Position numbers and translations under genes: made by a program. The notes below the pieces were generated by a model that saw nothing but the letters and a program-made list of their open reading frames with translations, was not told the origin of the DNA and did no database searches. Positions 1 to 8,599 of a stretch of 32,000 nt of DNA are shown piece by piece. This DNA is from Microcystis aeruginosa NIES-843 (GTDB lineage: Bacteria > Cyanobacteriota > Cyanobacteriia > Cyanobacteriales > Microcystaceae), in NCBI RefSeq assembly GCF_000010625.1, contig NC_010296.1, forward strand, positions 5,130,001-5,162,000, given 5' to 3'. The number at the start of each line of letters is the position of its first letter. Position 1 is the first letter of the stretch.

Positions 1-487
1 AACCGATGCTAGTGAGACCTTTTACTTGACAAACTTTGAGAGCTTGATGGATATTGGCGGAATTTCCCGAAGTGGAAATACCGATAAACACATCACCAGG
101 GTTTCCTTCCGCTTCTATCTGGCGGCTAAAAATATATTCGTAACCATAATCGTTAGCGATCGCTGTTAAACTGGCGATATCGCTATTGAGGACGCGAACT
201 GGCAAAGACTGTCTTTCTTTCAGAAATCGGCCGTGCAGCTCACCGCCAAAATGGATAGCATCGGCGGCACTGCCCCCATTACCGGCGACTAATACTTTGT
301 GGTTGTTGCGATAAGCATGGATGCATACTTGGCAAATCTCTTGGATTTTCTCTAGATATTTTGTCTCGGTTAGTAGTTTTTTCTTCAGGTTATAAGCTTC
401 TTCCAATTCAGTCTTGATTAAAATTGACAGAGAGGGATCGCTCTGGAAACTATCCAATTTTTTGTTTGATTTTTCCACCATTCGCAT
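1..487 (-). CDS. gmhA: D-sedoheptulose-7-phosphate isomerase (SIS domain); C-terminal end cut by the window edge
   Basis: Own translation of the minus strand from ATG at 487-485: MRMVEKSNKK...HKVLVAGNGGSAADAIHFGGELHGRF...DVFIGISTSGNSANI. The GNGGS and STSGNS motifs and overall colinearity match E. coli GmhA as I remember it. It is absent from the ORF track because it runs off the window. Confidence 0.85.
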   Translation of the reverse strand, partial: MRMVEKSNKKLDSFQSDPSLSILIKTELEEAYNLKKKLLTETKYLEKIQEICQVCIHAYRNNHKVLVAGNGGSAADAIHFGGELHGRFLKERQSLPVRVLNSDIASLTAIANDYGYEYIFSRQIEAEGNPGDVFIGISTSGNSANIHQALKVCQVKGLTSIG

Positions 488-1090
488 AGGTTTGATTTTC
501 CAATTTTTATTAGTTGAATAAATTTAACTCTCAATCATCCTGTCATTACATTGAATAGTATCAAAAGACCAGAATCGCTGTCCATTAATTGGGTACAAAA
601 CCCCTAGCATGGTAGAATTGATCACGGGACAAGAAAAACAGGCCGATGATAGTTCTAGAGAAACCTAGAGCGATCGAGTCAAAAGAGTGATCTTTTGCCG
701 GTTATTCTCGGAATATACGACAAACGCAGCCAACTCTAGCACAATTTGTTTTGTTTGTAAATAAATTTTTGATGTATTCTGGCCGAGACGGGGGATTTCT
801 GAGCGGGGGATTCAACCCTTGCGAGTCTTGGCCTTTTGTTTGGCTGGACAAAAATGTTAACAATTCATGACAATATTGCTGATATAATCAAAAGCCGAAA
901 GGCTTGAAGGCGTATAATATGCCGTGATTGCTATACTCTGACACCTAGATAGTAAAGAGAAGCAATTTAGCCGAGAAAACTAGCACAAATCGCTACAATC
1001 CCTCGAATTTTGTCTGTGCATCAGTTCAAGCTCTCGTCTCTGACAGAAGAACTGAGAATTCTAGTCCCCGACTCGAAAAAGTCCAACATA

Positions 1091-1750
1091 ATGAATCCTT
1101 TCCCCGCAATTTCTGTCAATGACGGCCACCAAAAATACCCGTATCCGCCACCTCCTGGCAATTCTGACCGCAAAAGCGAAGATAGAGCAAAAAAGAACAA
1201 AGCCTTATTTCTCGATCGAGATGGGGTAGTTATCGACTATATCCCCTACCTGAGTAAACCAGAACAGGTGAGCATTCCCGCCGGGGCAGCGGCTGCCTTA
1301 AAACAGTGGCAGGATGCCGGCTATCTGCTGATCATTATTACCAATCAATCGGGACTTGCTAGGGGCTATTTCACTTGGGACGATCTGGCGGCGATTCACG
1401 GGCGCATGATTGAGGAATACCGACAATTGGGGGTGCATTTTCACGATCTTGCCATCTGCCCGCACCATCCCGACGAAGGTTGTCTGTGCCGCAAACCCTC
1501 CCCCTATCTGCTGCTGGCCGCCGCCCACCAATACGGAATCGATTTAGCCCGCTCGTTGTTTATCGGCGATGCGCCCAGTGATCTAGAATGCGCCCTAGAA
1601 GCTGGTTGTCAGCCCGTATTGCTCTTAACAGGGCGAGGAAAAGTCACCCTTGGGGAGATCGAGAAATACCCAGTTCAGATTCCCGTGTATGGCCAACTAA
1701 AGGAAACGGTAGAATTATTGTCAAAAACCGCTGCCGAGATAGAATTATGA
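1091..1750 (+). CDS. gmhB: D-glycero-D-manno-heptose 1,7-bisphosphate phosphatase (HAD-IIIA)
   Basis: Track ORF 1010..1750. It has the LFLDRDGV HAD motif I, ITNQSG, the CxHxxxxxCxCRKP zinc motif and GD. The first ATG is at 1091 (MNPFP...); the track start at 1010 is a TTG. A Pro-rich extension of ~40 aa precedes the DRDG motif. Confidence 0.85.
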   Translation: MNPFPAISVNDGHQKYPYPPPPGNSDRKSEDRAKKNKALFLDRDGVVIDYIPYLSKPEQVSIPAGAAAALKQWQDAGYLLIIITNQSGLARGYFTWDDLAAIHGRMIEEYRQLGVHFHDLAICPHHPDEGCLCRKPSPYLLLAAAHQYGIDLARSLFIGDAPSDLECALEAGCQPVLLLTGRGKVTLGEIEKYPVQIPVYGQLKETVELLSKTAAEIEL

Positions 1751-2973
1751 GAATATTAGTCCTTTCTTGCAATAACTTTCCCTATCCACCTAGTCGCGGG
1801 GGAACCGAGGTTAGAACTTTTAACCTGATCAAATATCTTCATCAAAACCACGATGTCACCCTGTTCGCTCGTCGGGGGGAGAATGTCACCGAAACTCAGA
1901 TCGAAGAATTAAAAACCTTTACCGATGATCTTGTCTTATTTCCGCTCCGGCAAATTCCCGCTCAAGGCAAGGGACTGACAAAACTAATCGGTCAAACAGG
2001 GCGCTTTCTGGGGGCAATAGGACAGATGACCCCTGCTAGTGTTCTTAGTTATCGTTCGCCGCTCATTCAAGAGCGAGTAGATGAATACGTCGAGCAGCAA
2101 AAATGTGATGTAATTATCTGCGCTCACAGTATCAGCGAGATTTTTGTCCGGCCAGAATACCGTCAGCGAGTCAAAACAGTAGTGGATATTCACAGTTCCG
2201 TGTACGGTTGGACACGCAATCATCTAGATAGAGGAGCCTCCGCCTATCCACTGCGGGATTTTCTCTATCTGCCCTTACTCTATCAGTACGAAAAACGTTA
2301 CTGTGCCAAGTTTTCGCCCTTGGTGGCCACTACCGATTACGATCGCGAACAATTGTTAAAGATCCTCCCGGATGCACGGGTGGAGATCGTGCCTAATGGC
2401 GTGGATTTAGACCTTTTTCCCTATCGTCCTCAGGATCCCGGCGGTCATAATTTGGTCTTTGTCGGGGCCATGAGTTCTACCCATAATATCGATGCCGCCC
2501 GTTTTTTTGTTCTAGAAGTCCTGCCAGTCATTCAACAGCGATATCCCGACACCACTTTAACCCTAGTGGGGGCAAACCCAGCGCCAGAAGTTCTCGAACT
2601 TGCCAAGTATCCCGGTGTGAGCGTGACGGGAACCGTTCCCTCGACAGTGGAATATTTACACCGAGGAACCGTTGGTGTGGTTCCCCTGCGGGTGGGATTG
2701 GGAATCAAGTGCAAAACCCTAGAATCCATGGCCGCTGGGATTCCGATTGTCGCCAGCGATCGCGGTTTAGAGGGTTTAACGGTGGCAGCAGCGGGAATTC
2801 CCCCTAGGGCGTTGCGCGCCAATAGCGTTGCTGAGTACGTTACAGCGATCGCTAGGTTGTTCGATGATCCTTCTGTGCGAGAACAACTGTCCCATAATGC
2901 CCGGGCGATGGTGGAATCGGAGTACACCTGGGAGCGAGCGGGACAAAGGTACGAGGAAATTTTGCGGGACTAA
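1747..2973 (+). CDS. GT-B glycosyltransferase, family 4-like
   Basis: MRILVLSCNNFPYPPSRGGTEV N-terminus and a C-terminal GIKCKTLESMAAGIPIVASD motif. ATG 1747 overlaps the gmhB stop (ATGA at 1747-1750), suggesting translational coupling. The upstream part of track ORF 1588.. overlaps gmhB out of frame and is not credible. Confidence 0.85.
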   Translation: MRILVLSCNNFPYPPSRGGTEVRTFNLIKYLHQNHDVTLFARRGENVTETQIEELKTFTDDLVLFPLRQIPAQGKGLTKLIGQTGRFLGAIGQMTPASVLSYRSPLIQERVDEYVEQQKCDVIICAHSISEIFVRPEYRQRVKTVVDIHSSVYGWTRNHLDRGASAYPLRDFLYLPLLYQYEKRYCAKFSPLVATTDYDREQLLKILPDARVEIVPNGVDLDLFPYRPQDPGGHNLVFVGAMSSTHNIDAARFFVLEVLPVIQQRYPDTTLTLVGANPAPEVLELAKYPGVSVTGTVPSTVEYLHRGTVGVVPLRVGLGIKCKTLESMAAGIPIVASDRGLEGLTVAAAGIPPRALRANSVAEYVTAIARLFDDPSVREQLSHNARAMVESEYTWERAGQRYEEILRD

Positions 2974-3054
2974 TATTGTTCTTAACCCCGAAATTTCCCT
3001 CGAGACTGTTTGAGAGTTTTACCGCCATAAAAATTGATTTTTTGGAGCCTAATC

Positions 3055-4173
3055 ATGAAAGTTTTAATAGTAGGAAATTACGTCAATGATCGGCAGATCA
3101 GTATCAATCGTTTTGTCGGTTTAGTGGAGAAAGGACTCAGACAAAAAGGACACGAAATTCGGCGAGTGCAAGCACCGCCTATTTTCGGTCAACTGAAGCC
3201 TTCTCCCCAGGGAATCGGCAAGTGGTTAGGGTACATCGATAAGTTAATTATTTTCCCAGTGCAGTTACGTCAGCAGCTTGATTGGGCTGATATCGTCTGC
3301 ATTTGTGATCAAGCTTTATCCTATTTAACTCCCTATCTAAAAGATCGCAAATATTTTGTCATCTGTCACGATATGCTGGCCATTCGTTCCGCCCTAGGAG
3401 AAATTCCTGAAAATCCCACCAGTTGGACGGGAAAACAGTATCAGGCTATGATTTTGCGAGGACTAAAACAGGCTAAATATGTTGTCTGTTCTTCCGAAGC
3501 TACTCGTGCCGATGTTCTCCGTTTAACTAAAATTGCTCCCGAACAAACGGAAGTAATTGAGGATTGCTTGAATCAGGGATACGGTCCGATGACAAAAGAA
3601 GCAGCAGTAGCTCTGGTGGGCAAATTTAATATCAACCGTGATTATCCCTGGTTAATTCATGTCGGAGGCGGCCAATGGTATAAAAATCGATTGGGATTGC
3701 TGAAAATATTCAAGAGGTTAATCACTTTCCCCGGTCTGGAAAATTGCCGATTGATCCTGATGGGAAAACCTTTGCTGCCGGATATGCGAGAATTTGTTAA
3801 TCAGAATAACTTGTCCGCACAAGTAATCGAATTAGGAACCGTCTCTGATGATGACTTACGCGCCTTTTATTGCCTAGCAACTGCTTTAATTTTTCCCTCC
3901 TTTCAGGAAGGATTCGGTGTTCCCGTTATTGAAGCTCAATCCTGTGGTTGTCCCGTCTTTACCTCCAATCGTCTCCCCATGACTGTTATCGCTGATGATG
4001 CAGCCGTTTACTTCGATCCCACCGAACACGAGGCCGCCGCTACTATTATTGCAGAAAATCTTCTCGCTCCCGATCGCCTGGAAGATTTGAGGCAAAAAGG
4101 TTTTATCAATGCCACTCGCTTTACTTACGAAAGAATGATCCAATCCTACGACCGATTATTGCCAAAATTGTAG
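3055..4173 (+). CDS. GT-B glycosyltransferase, family 4-like
   Basis: MKVLIVGNY start at 3055. The FPSFQEGFGVPVIEAQSCGCPVFTSN motif fits the EX7E-type GT4 signature. Same strand and operon-like spacing after the previous GT. Confidence 0.8.
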   Translation: MKVLIVGNYVNDRQISINRFVGLVEKGLRQKGHEIRRVQAPPIFGQLKPSPQGIGKWLGYIDKLIIFPVQLRQQLDWADIVCICDQALSYLTPYLKDRKYFVICHDMLAIRSALGEIPENPTSWTGKQYQAMILRGLKQAKYVVCSSEATRADVLRLTKIAPEQTEVIEDCLNQGYGPMTKEAAVALVGKFNINRDYPWLIHVGGGQWYKNRLGLLKIFKRLITFPGLENCRLILMGKPLLPDMREFVNQNNLSAQVIELGTVSDDDLRAFYCLATALIFPSFQEGFGVPVIEAQSCGCPVFTSNRLPMTVIADDAAVYFDPTEHEAAATIIAENLLAPDRLEDLRQKGFINATRFTYERMIQSYDRLLPKL

Positions 4174-4500
4174 TCTAGCGCTTTTTGGCGAATCATTATC
4201 CTGCCAATGCGATTTTAAGCGGGGAGGATATGGTTCTGGGGTTCACTTTGGCCCTAGAAATCTTGCTGTAAGAGTGATCGTCCTTTTTTAAATCCTACAG
4301 TAATCATTTTTCCATAGCTCCTTTGCTTCCTTGTAGTGTTGTTTAATTGGGGTTTACTGAATAAATCTAAAAACCTTGTTGGATAATATCTTTAGGCTTT
4401 TTTGAAATCAAAAAGTGCCAGCCATTGGAGGAATCGGGGGGAAAATTAAGGCACTTTTTCCCTGAAAATTAGGTAATTGACCCCCTGAAAATGGGTAAAA

Positions 4501-4560
4501 CCCTACACCCCACACCCCACACCCTGCCCCACGAAAAACTTTTTCAGCAGACCCTAATTG
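4501..4560. repeat. CCCYACA heptamer run plus conserved tail (dispersed repeat family, copy A)
   Basis: ccctaca ccccaca ccccaca ccctgccccacgaaaaactttttcagcagaccctaatt. The same tail (ccccacgaaaaactt.tt.agca.accctа-like) recurs at 26120-26160. Confidence 0.7.
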
Positions 4561-4571
4561 GCACTGTGAAT

Positions 4572-4754
4572 TTATCTGTCGCCTGTAAGACTTTTGATAA
4601 TCTTTTTAGCCAATCGCTCATTAATTTCTCGATGTCTGGGAATTGGTTCTGTTTTTCCAGTATCTGGATTATGGTAAATATCGTGTTTCCCTCCACGTCT
4701 AATCAAATAGCAGCCCGCTTGCTCTAATTGTGCAATTAAATCATGTCTTTTCAT
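4572..4754 (-). CDS. hicA: HicA-family mRNA interferase toxin
   Basis: 60 aa: MKRHDLIAQLEQAGCYLIRRGGKHDIYHNP...IPRHREINERLAKKIIKSL, a typical YcfA/HicA. It overlaps the upstream hicB-like gene by 4 nt. Confidence 0.85.
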   Translation of the reverse strand: MKRHDLIAQLEQAGCYLIRRGGKHDIYHNPDTGKTEPIPRHREINERLAKKIIKSLTGDR

Positions 4755-4942
4755 GCGAGTTCAAACTCTGCAACTCTCTTGATTCCGGGGATTTCTTCAG
4801 TAGTAAATGTTTTGTAGAGATCGACCAAGTTTCCGATTAATTCTTCTAAGTCAACACCTTGGGTCCAATGATCTGGAAATTCATTCAAATAGCCCAAGAA
4901 CATCCCATCTGATTCTTTCCAATATGTATATGGAATCTTCAT
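4751..4942 (-). CDS. hicB: HicB-like antitoxin (short form)
   Basis: 63 aa: MKIPYTYWKESDGMFLGYLNEFPDHWTQGVDLEEL. This is a HicB N-terminal fold pattern, and the gene is coupled to hicA by an ATGA overlap. Confidence 0.7.
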   Translation of the reverse strand: MKIPYTYWKESDGMFLGYLNEFPDHWTQGVDLEELIGNLVDLYKTFTTEEIPGIKRVAEFELA

Positions 4943-5164
4943 GGTGAAATCCTCATTCTGCGTTGCTAAAGATATTAAGTTGACCCCTATTATAACTGAA
5001 TTGCTCCCAAGCCACGATCAGCTTTATTATCAGGGTTGGCAACGAGATTGCCGCCTTACACTTCGTTAATGCAGCCTACCAAAGCGGCGATCGCCCATTC
5101 AGACAGATTTAGGTGTTGGGTGTTGGGTTTCGTTCCGAGGGTTCAATCTACGGACTACGGACTG

Positions 5165-5287
5165 TTAAATTAGAATATCAAATGTTTGATTATTTAGCCA
5201 ACGATAAACACTAAAATCTCGCCTATCTGTGGTTAATATTCTGTTCTCCTTAATTGTTTCAGCTAACACTACTAACGAAGCATCGGG
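5165..5287 (-). pseudogene. PIN-domain (VapC-like) toxin, C-terminal fragment only
   Basis: Own translation: PDASLVVLAETIKENRILTTDRRDFSVYRWLNNQTFDILI*. It matches the C-terminal D-A-S/L-V-x-LAE...D-x-DF half of PIN toxins. No N-terminal half and no start codon. Confidence 0.6.
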
Positions 5288-5302
5288 TTTTATTTTTTTA
5301 TT

Positions 5303-5484
5303 GGGAGCATCTCACTTACGCGATAAGTAATTATACTTAGCCTAAAAGCCACTCTTAATCGTGTCTTGGAACGAAATAGAGGCTTTTAAAGACTGCGTAC
5401 ATGGAGAATTAAAACAAGAATTACCCTCGAAAAGCCTATTTTTCCACTAAGTATTTATGCTCATTGCAAAGGTGAGATGCTCCC
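5303..5484. mobile_element. MITE-like element with 13-bp perfect terminal inverted repeats
   Basis: gggagcatctcac at 5303-5315 and gtgagatgctccc at 5472-5484, with further internal imperfect pairing. It has no coding capacity and sits between two PIN fragments. Confidence 0.55.
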
Positions 5485-5486
5485 GT

Positions 5487-5611
5487 TTTATTTGAAATGG
5501 CTCCGTATTTTTCCAACGATAGGTATTAAAATCTCGATAATCAACGGAAAGAATTTGACCTGAACCTAATTCTTCTGCTAAAATAACCAAAGATGCGTCG
5601 GCTAAATCCAT
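5487..5611 (-). pseudogene. PIN-domain (VapC-like) toxin, C-terminal fragment, preceded by an in-frame stop
   Basis: Own translation: (LI*KYRDLP)MDLADASLVILAEELGSGQILSVDYRDFNTYRWKNTEPFQIK. A TAA lies in frame 7 codons upstream of the Met. Confidence 0.55.
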
Positions 5612-5666
5612 TGGCAAATCTCTATATTTTTAGATCAGTTCTTCAGTGTGTTGGCACTGCTTAGTT

Positions 5667-5933
5667 TTACGGAAAAAATCTATAAATTTCTCTTCTGTGT
5701 AAGAATCGACTAAAGATCAGTTCATCGTTAATAATTGCAACACCAATGCGATAATCTCCTATTTTGATACGATAAAAACCCTGATAACCTTTAATCTTTT
5801 TGAGGTTTTTTACATCATCCAGTGTTTGAGCTAATTTGCATTCATTGACAACAGTTTTGATCTCAGATAATAGTTTTTGATCTTTAATTTTTCTTAAGTC
5901 TTTGGAGAATTTGGCTACAAATTGAATTTTCAT
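5667..5933 (-). CDS. RelE/ParE-family toxin
   Basis: 88 aa: ...YQGFYRIKIGDYRIGVAIINDELIFSRFLHRREIYRFFP, a classic RelE/StbE C-terminus. ATGA overlap with the upstream antitoxin. Confidence 0.85.
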   Translation of the reverse strand: MKIQFVAKFSKDLRKIKDQKLLSEIKTVVNECKLAQTLDDVKNLKKIKGYQGFYRIKIGDYRIGVAIINDELIFSRFLHRREIYRFFP

Positions 5934-6139
5934 TCAGCTTCTCCATTGAGAATAGCAAAAACTTCTTCTTCTGGAACAAATTCACCATTTAATCCTTCCG
6001 TAATAGCATTAGCTAAACCAATATCTTCTAGGGCTTCGATAACAATTTCATAAAATAGTTCCCGTTTGTTTTGCATCATTTCAATGAGGATTTCGGTTAG
6101 GATTTCTTTGGTTTTTTCTTCGGTAATGATCGATGACAT
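5930..6139 (-). CDS. Antitoxin partner of the RelE/ParE-family toxin
   Basis: Probable start MSSIITEEKTKEIL... at 6139; the track ORF extends to 6217 with an unconvincing leader. Small and acidic, and coupled 4 nt into the toxin gene. Confidence 0.65.
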   Translation of the reverse strand: MSSIITEEKTKEILTEILIEMMQNKRELFYEIVIEALEDIGLANAITEGLNGEFVPEEEVFAILNGEAE

Positions 6140-6222
6140 TGCGCTTAGTCCTTTATTTAAAGTTGGCTGGTGCGTTACATTAATATTAACACACCTTAAC
6201 GAGATCGGCGATCGCACTTAGA

Positions 6223-6558
6223 TTAGGATTTATTTCGATACATGACCTGGATACTTACACTAGAGTTTGCTACGGCTTGGGGAGTGACTAAGATTTCTAT
6301 ATTCTGACCTAATGCTACTAGAAAGCTAAACATCTGCTCAAGAGAAAATTTTTGCAATCTGCCATTTTTTAAGTTAGAAATTTTAGCCTCGTCAATTCCC
6401 AAAATTTGACTGACCTCCTGCTGGCTTAATCCTTTTTCAGTAATCAGATCATAAATCACTGAAGCCAGCTTGACTTTAGCGAGTTTTTCTTCAGCATTAG
6501 CAAAGCCTAAGTCTTCAAAAATGTTTCCTGAACTAATAGTATATTCTGTCATAATCAT
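6223..6558 (-). CDS. XRE-family HTH antitoxin (HigA-like)
   Basis: 111 aa: ...LITEKGLSQQEVSQILGIDEAKISNLKNGRLQKFSLEQMFSFLVALG, a typical HTH_XRE. It lies downstream of a Gp49/HigB-like toxin gene. Confidence 0.8.
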   Translation of the reverse strand: MIMTEYTISSGNIFEDLGFANAEEKLAKVKLASVIYDLITEKGLSQQEVSQILGIDEAKISNLKNGRLQKFSLEQMFSFLVALGQNIEILVTPQAVANSSVSIQVMYRNKS

Positions 6559-6618
6559 TTATCCCCTTTTTGGTATTTATTGTTGCTCTTTGGCAATCTC
6601 CTGTGCTTTTTTCAGGCG

Positions 6619-6933
6619 TTATTTGATTAGATCAATATTTTGTTTTGGTGTTTTAATCCCTGATTTTGATTTTTTCTTAAAGGCATGGAGAATAAAAATA
6701 GCATTGCTTAGTTTAAGAGCATAAACTGTTCTATAGGTATCGGTTTGATAATCGCTGACTATTTCAAAAACACCATTAAACCCCTTTAAGCTTTTGACAT
6801 TAGGATGATTTTGATTATTCTGAACACGATAAAGAATGTAGCCAACTTCATCAACAACCTCTTCAGGAAATTCTAATAGCTCCTTTTTTGATGCTCCAAT
6901 CCAGATAACAGTTTTCAGTTGTTTATCTACCAT
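6619..6933 (-). CDS. Gp49/HigB-like RelE-superfamily toxin (13 codons shorter than the reading frame suggests)
   Basis: MVDKQLKTVIWIGASKKELLEFPEEV...TYRTVYALKLSNAIFILHAFKKKSKSGIKTPKQNIDLIK*. ATG at 6933; the track start at 6960 is a TTG. See the finding on the premature TAA. Confidence 0.75.
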   Translation of the reverse strand: MVDKQLKTVIWIGASKKELLEFPEEVVDEVGYILYRVQNNQNHPNVKSLKGFNGVFEIVSDYQTDTYRTVYALKLSNAIFILHAFKKKSKSGIKTPKQNIDLIK

Positions 6934-7004
6934 TTTTTTGAAAAAATGTGACAAATACAAATAAAAAGCTCATAAATTTGTTATAAAAATCCTCAAGACT
7001 AAGT

Positions 7005-7032
7005 TTGACAAAAAACCTGAGATTGTTATATT
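7005..7032 (+). promoter_or_regulatory. Sigma70-type promoter-like motif at the 5' edge of repeat copy 1
   Basis: TTGACA (7005-7010), 16-nt spacer, TATATT (7027-7032). It is conserved in copy 2. Called from sequence pattern only. Confidence 0.4.
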
Positions 7033-7357
7033 CTACAGGTTACAGGCTTTGAGAGAAGGATAACCAACCCCCACGCCCCACGCACCAATTATATCATTCA
7101 TTCTGCCTGAATATCAAACAGGAACTAGAAACCTGTTACTAGGGAGAGATTACTGCGGGGGGATATTCGGTAGCAGTTAAATAATCATAATAAAAACCAC
7201 TCCAGACACAGAGGACACAGTGGCGGCTCTTGTCGGGTGCGTTAGTAATAGAGTAACACACCAATTTTCTTAAGATGGTGCGTTACGGCGCGGTAATAGT
7301 TTAATTATTAACAAATCTCCTTTAAATACGCGCAAACACGCACCCTACAAGCTACTA
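7005..7357 (+). repeat. ~350-bp dispersed repeat, copy 1 (candidate MITE or ncRNA locus)
   Basis: Near-identical to 8257-8599, with about 18 substitutions and two indels by eye. The last 13 nt supply the final codons and stop of the higA-like gene at 7345. Confidence 0.85.
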
Positions 7358-7641
7358 ACAAGGCTCATTTTGACTCGTTGATTAAGGGCAGTGGCAATTT
7401 TTTGTAGCATTATTAGGGGATTGTCTTGATAGTCAGCGTCTTCTAGATCTTCAATAACGGATTGCTCAACATGGATTAGGTCGGCTAGTTGTTGTTGAGT
7501 TAATCCAGCATTCATACGAGCGTCATAAATCAATTGTGCGATTTCTGAGTTGAGGGATTCTAGGGCAATTTGTTCTTTGATTGTGGGATCGTCTGCAATC
7601 ATTTGGTGAATGATTTTTACGGCATCTGTGGTTTTAGGCAT
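7345..7641 (-). CDS. XRE-family HTH antitoxin (HigA-like)
   Basis: 98 aa: ...ARMNAGLTQQQLADLIHVEQSVIEDLEDADY. Overlaps the upstream toxin gene by 8 nt. Confidence 0.8.
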   Translation of the reverse strand: MPKTTDAVKIIHQMIADDPTIKEQIALESLNSEIAQLIYDARMNAGLTQQQLADLIHVEQSVIEDLEDADYQDNPLIMLQKIATALNQRVKMSLVSSL

Positions 7642-8026
7642 TGTTTATTTCTCCTTGATAAGTATGAAGTTCTGGATTTTGTTTAAATTGTGCTTTTCTT
7701 TGGATAATTCTCTCGATGTCTTGTGAGGGAACGGCGGAAGTTTTTTTGATAAGAGCATGACCAATAATTGCTATATTTTGACCATGATAAAAATAGAGGA
7801 TTCGATATTGTATGGTTCCCTGTTTGGCTCTAAGCTCCCAGATATCATTTCTGAGATAATCGGCAGCAGGGCGGCGCAGTTCATGACCTTGTGCGGCAAG
7901 TTGTTCGATTTTGGTTATACATTTGGCAAATCCTTTTTTATCAGTTTTGAGTAATTTCTGAAGCCACTCAACAACGGGTGAGATGCCTTCTGCTTCTTGA
8001 TAAAAGATGATTTTTGTCTTTGGCAC
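7634..8026 (-). CDS. Gp49/HigB-like (DUF891-type) toxin
   Basis: 130 aa with a GTG start: IIFYQEAEGISPVVEWLQKL...WELRAKQGTIQYRILYFYHGQNIAIIGHALIKKTSAVPSQDIERI. Confidence 0.8.
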   Translation of the reverse strand: MPKTKIIFYQEAEGISPVVEWLQKLLKTDKKGFAKCITKIEQLAAQGHELRRPAADYLRNDIWELRAKQGTIQYRILYFYHGQNIAIIGHALIKKTSAVPSQDIERIIQRKAQFKQNPELHTYQGEINNA

Positions 8027-8256
8027 GTTTCTTTTGAAATAGTATGCGATGAAAAATCAATAAATGTAATCAGGTGATGGTGATGGGTATCGAATTGCTG
8101 GATAGCTCATAACCTCGTTGAAAAGAATTATGCGATCGCCCCTTGTTTATCCCCTAAATTAAACTTAGAAATTCCGCGATAATAGACATCAACATCGTTA
8201 AGTATCGAGTTCCCCAAAAGCTGATGTTTCCGTGAGCAAAACCCCTAAAATTAGAC

Positions 8257-8284
8257 TTGACAAAAAACCTGAGATCGTTATATT
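8257..8284 (+). promoter_or_regulatory. Sigma70-type promoter-like motif at the 5' edge of repeat copy 2
   Basis: TTGACA (8257-8262), 16-nt spacer, TATATT (8279-8284). Confidence 0.4.
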
Positions 8285-8599
8285 CTACAGGTTACAGGCT
8301 TTGAGAGAAGGATAACCAACCCCCACGCCCCACGCACCAATTATATCATTCATTCTGCCTGAATATCAAACAGGAACTAGAAACCTGTTACTAGGGAGAG
8401 ATTGCTACGGGGGGATATTCGGCAGCAGTTAAATAATCATAATAAAAACCACTCCAGACACAGTAGCGGCTCTTGTCGGGTGCGTTAGTAATAGCATAAC
8501 GCACCAATTTTCTTAAGATGGTGCGTTACGGCGCGATCATAGTTTAATTATTAACAAATTTCCTTTAAGTACGCGCCTAACGCACCCTACAAGCTACTA
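8257..8599 (+). repeat. ~350-bp dispersed repeat, copy 2
   Basis: Direct repeat of 7005-7357. It holds hairpins ggtgcgtta/taacgcacc and ggtgcgttacggcgcg/cgcgcctaacgcacc (better paired than in copy 1) and aacagg-N9-cctgtt. Confidence 0.85.

Noticed and set aside
1588-1746. N-terminal 53 aa of track ORF 1588..2973, and the TTG start at 1010 for gmhB.
   Set aside because: The 1588-1746 part overlaps the gmhB 3' end out of frame, while a canonical MRILVLS start sits at 1747 overlapping the gmhB stop. For gmhB the first ATG, at 1091, is preferred, though the TTG at 1010 cannot be excluded.
4943-5000. A possible hicBA promoter: TATAAT on the minus strand within cagttataatagggg, about 40 nt upstream of the hicB start.
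   Set aside because: No acceptable -35 element lies at 16-18 nt spacing, so I did not annotate it.
7189-7215. The repeat segment ccACTCCAGACACagaGGA(A)ACA reminded me of the motifs of the cyanobacterial Yfr2 ncRNA family.
   Set aside because: I cannot verify the motif sequences or their order from memory. The order here seems reversed and the match is imperfect, so it needs a covariance-model search before any claim.
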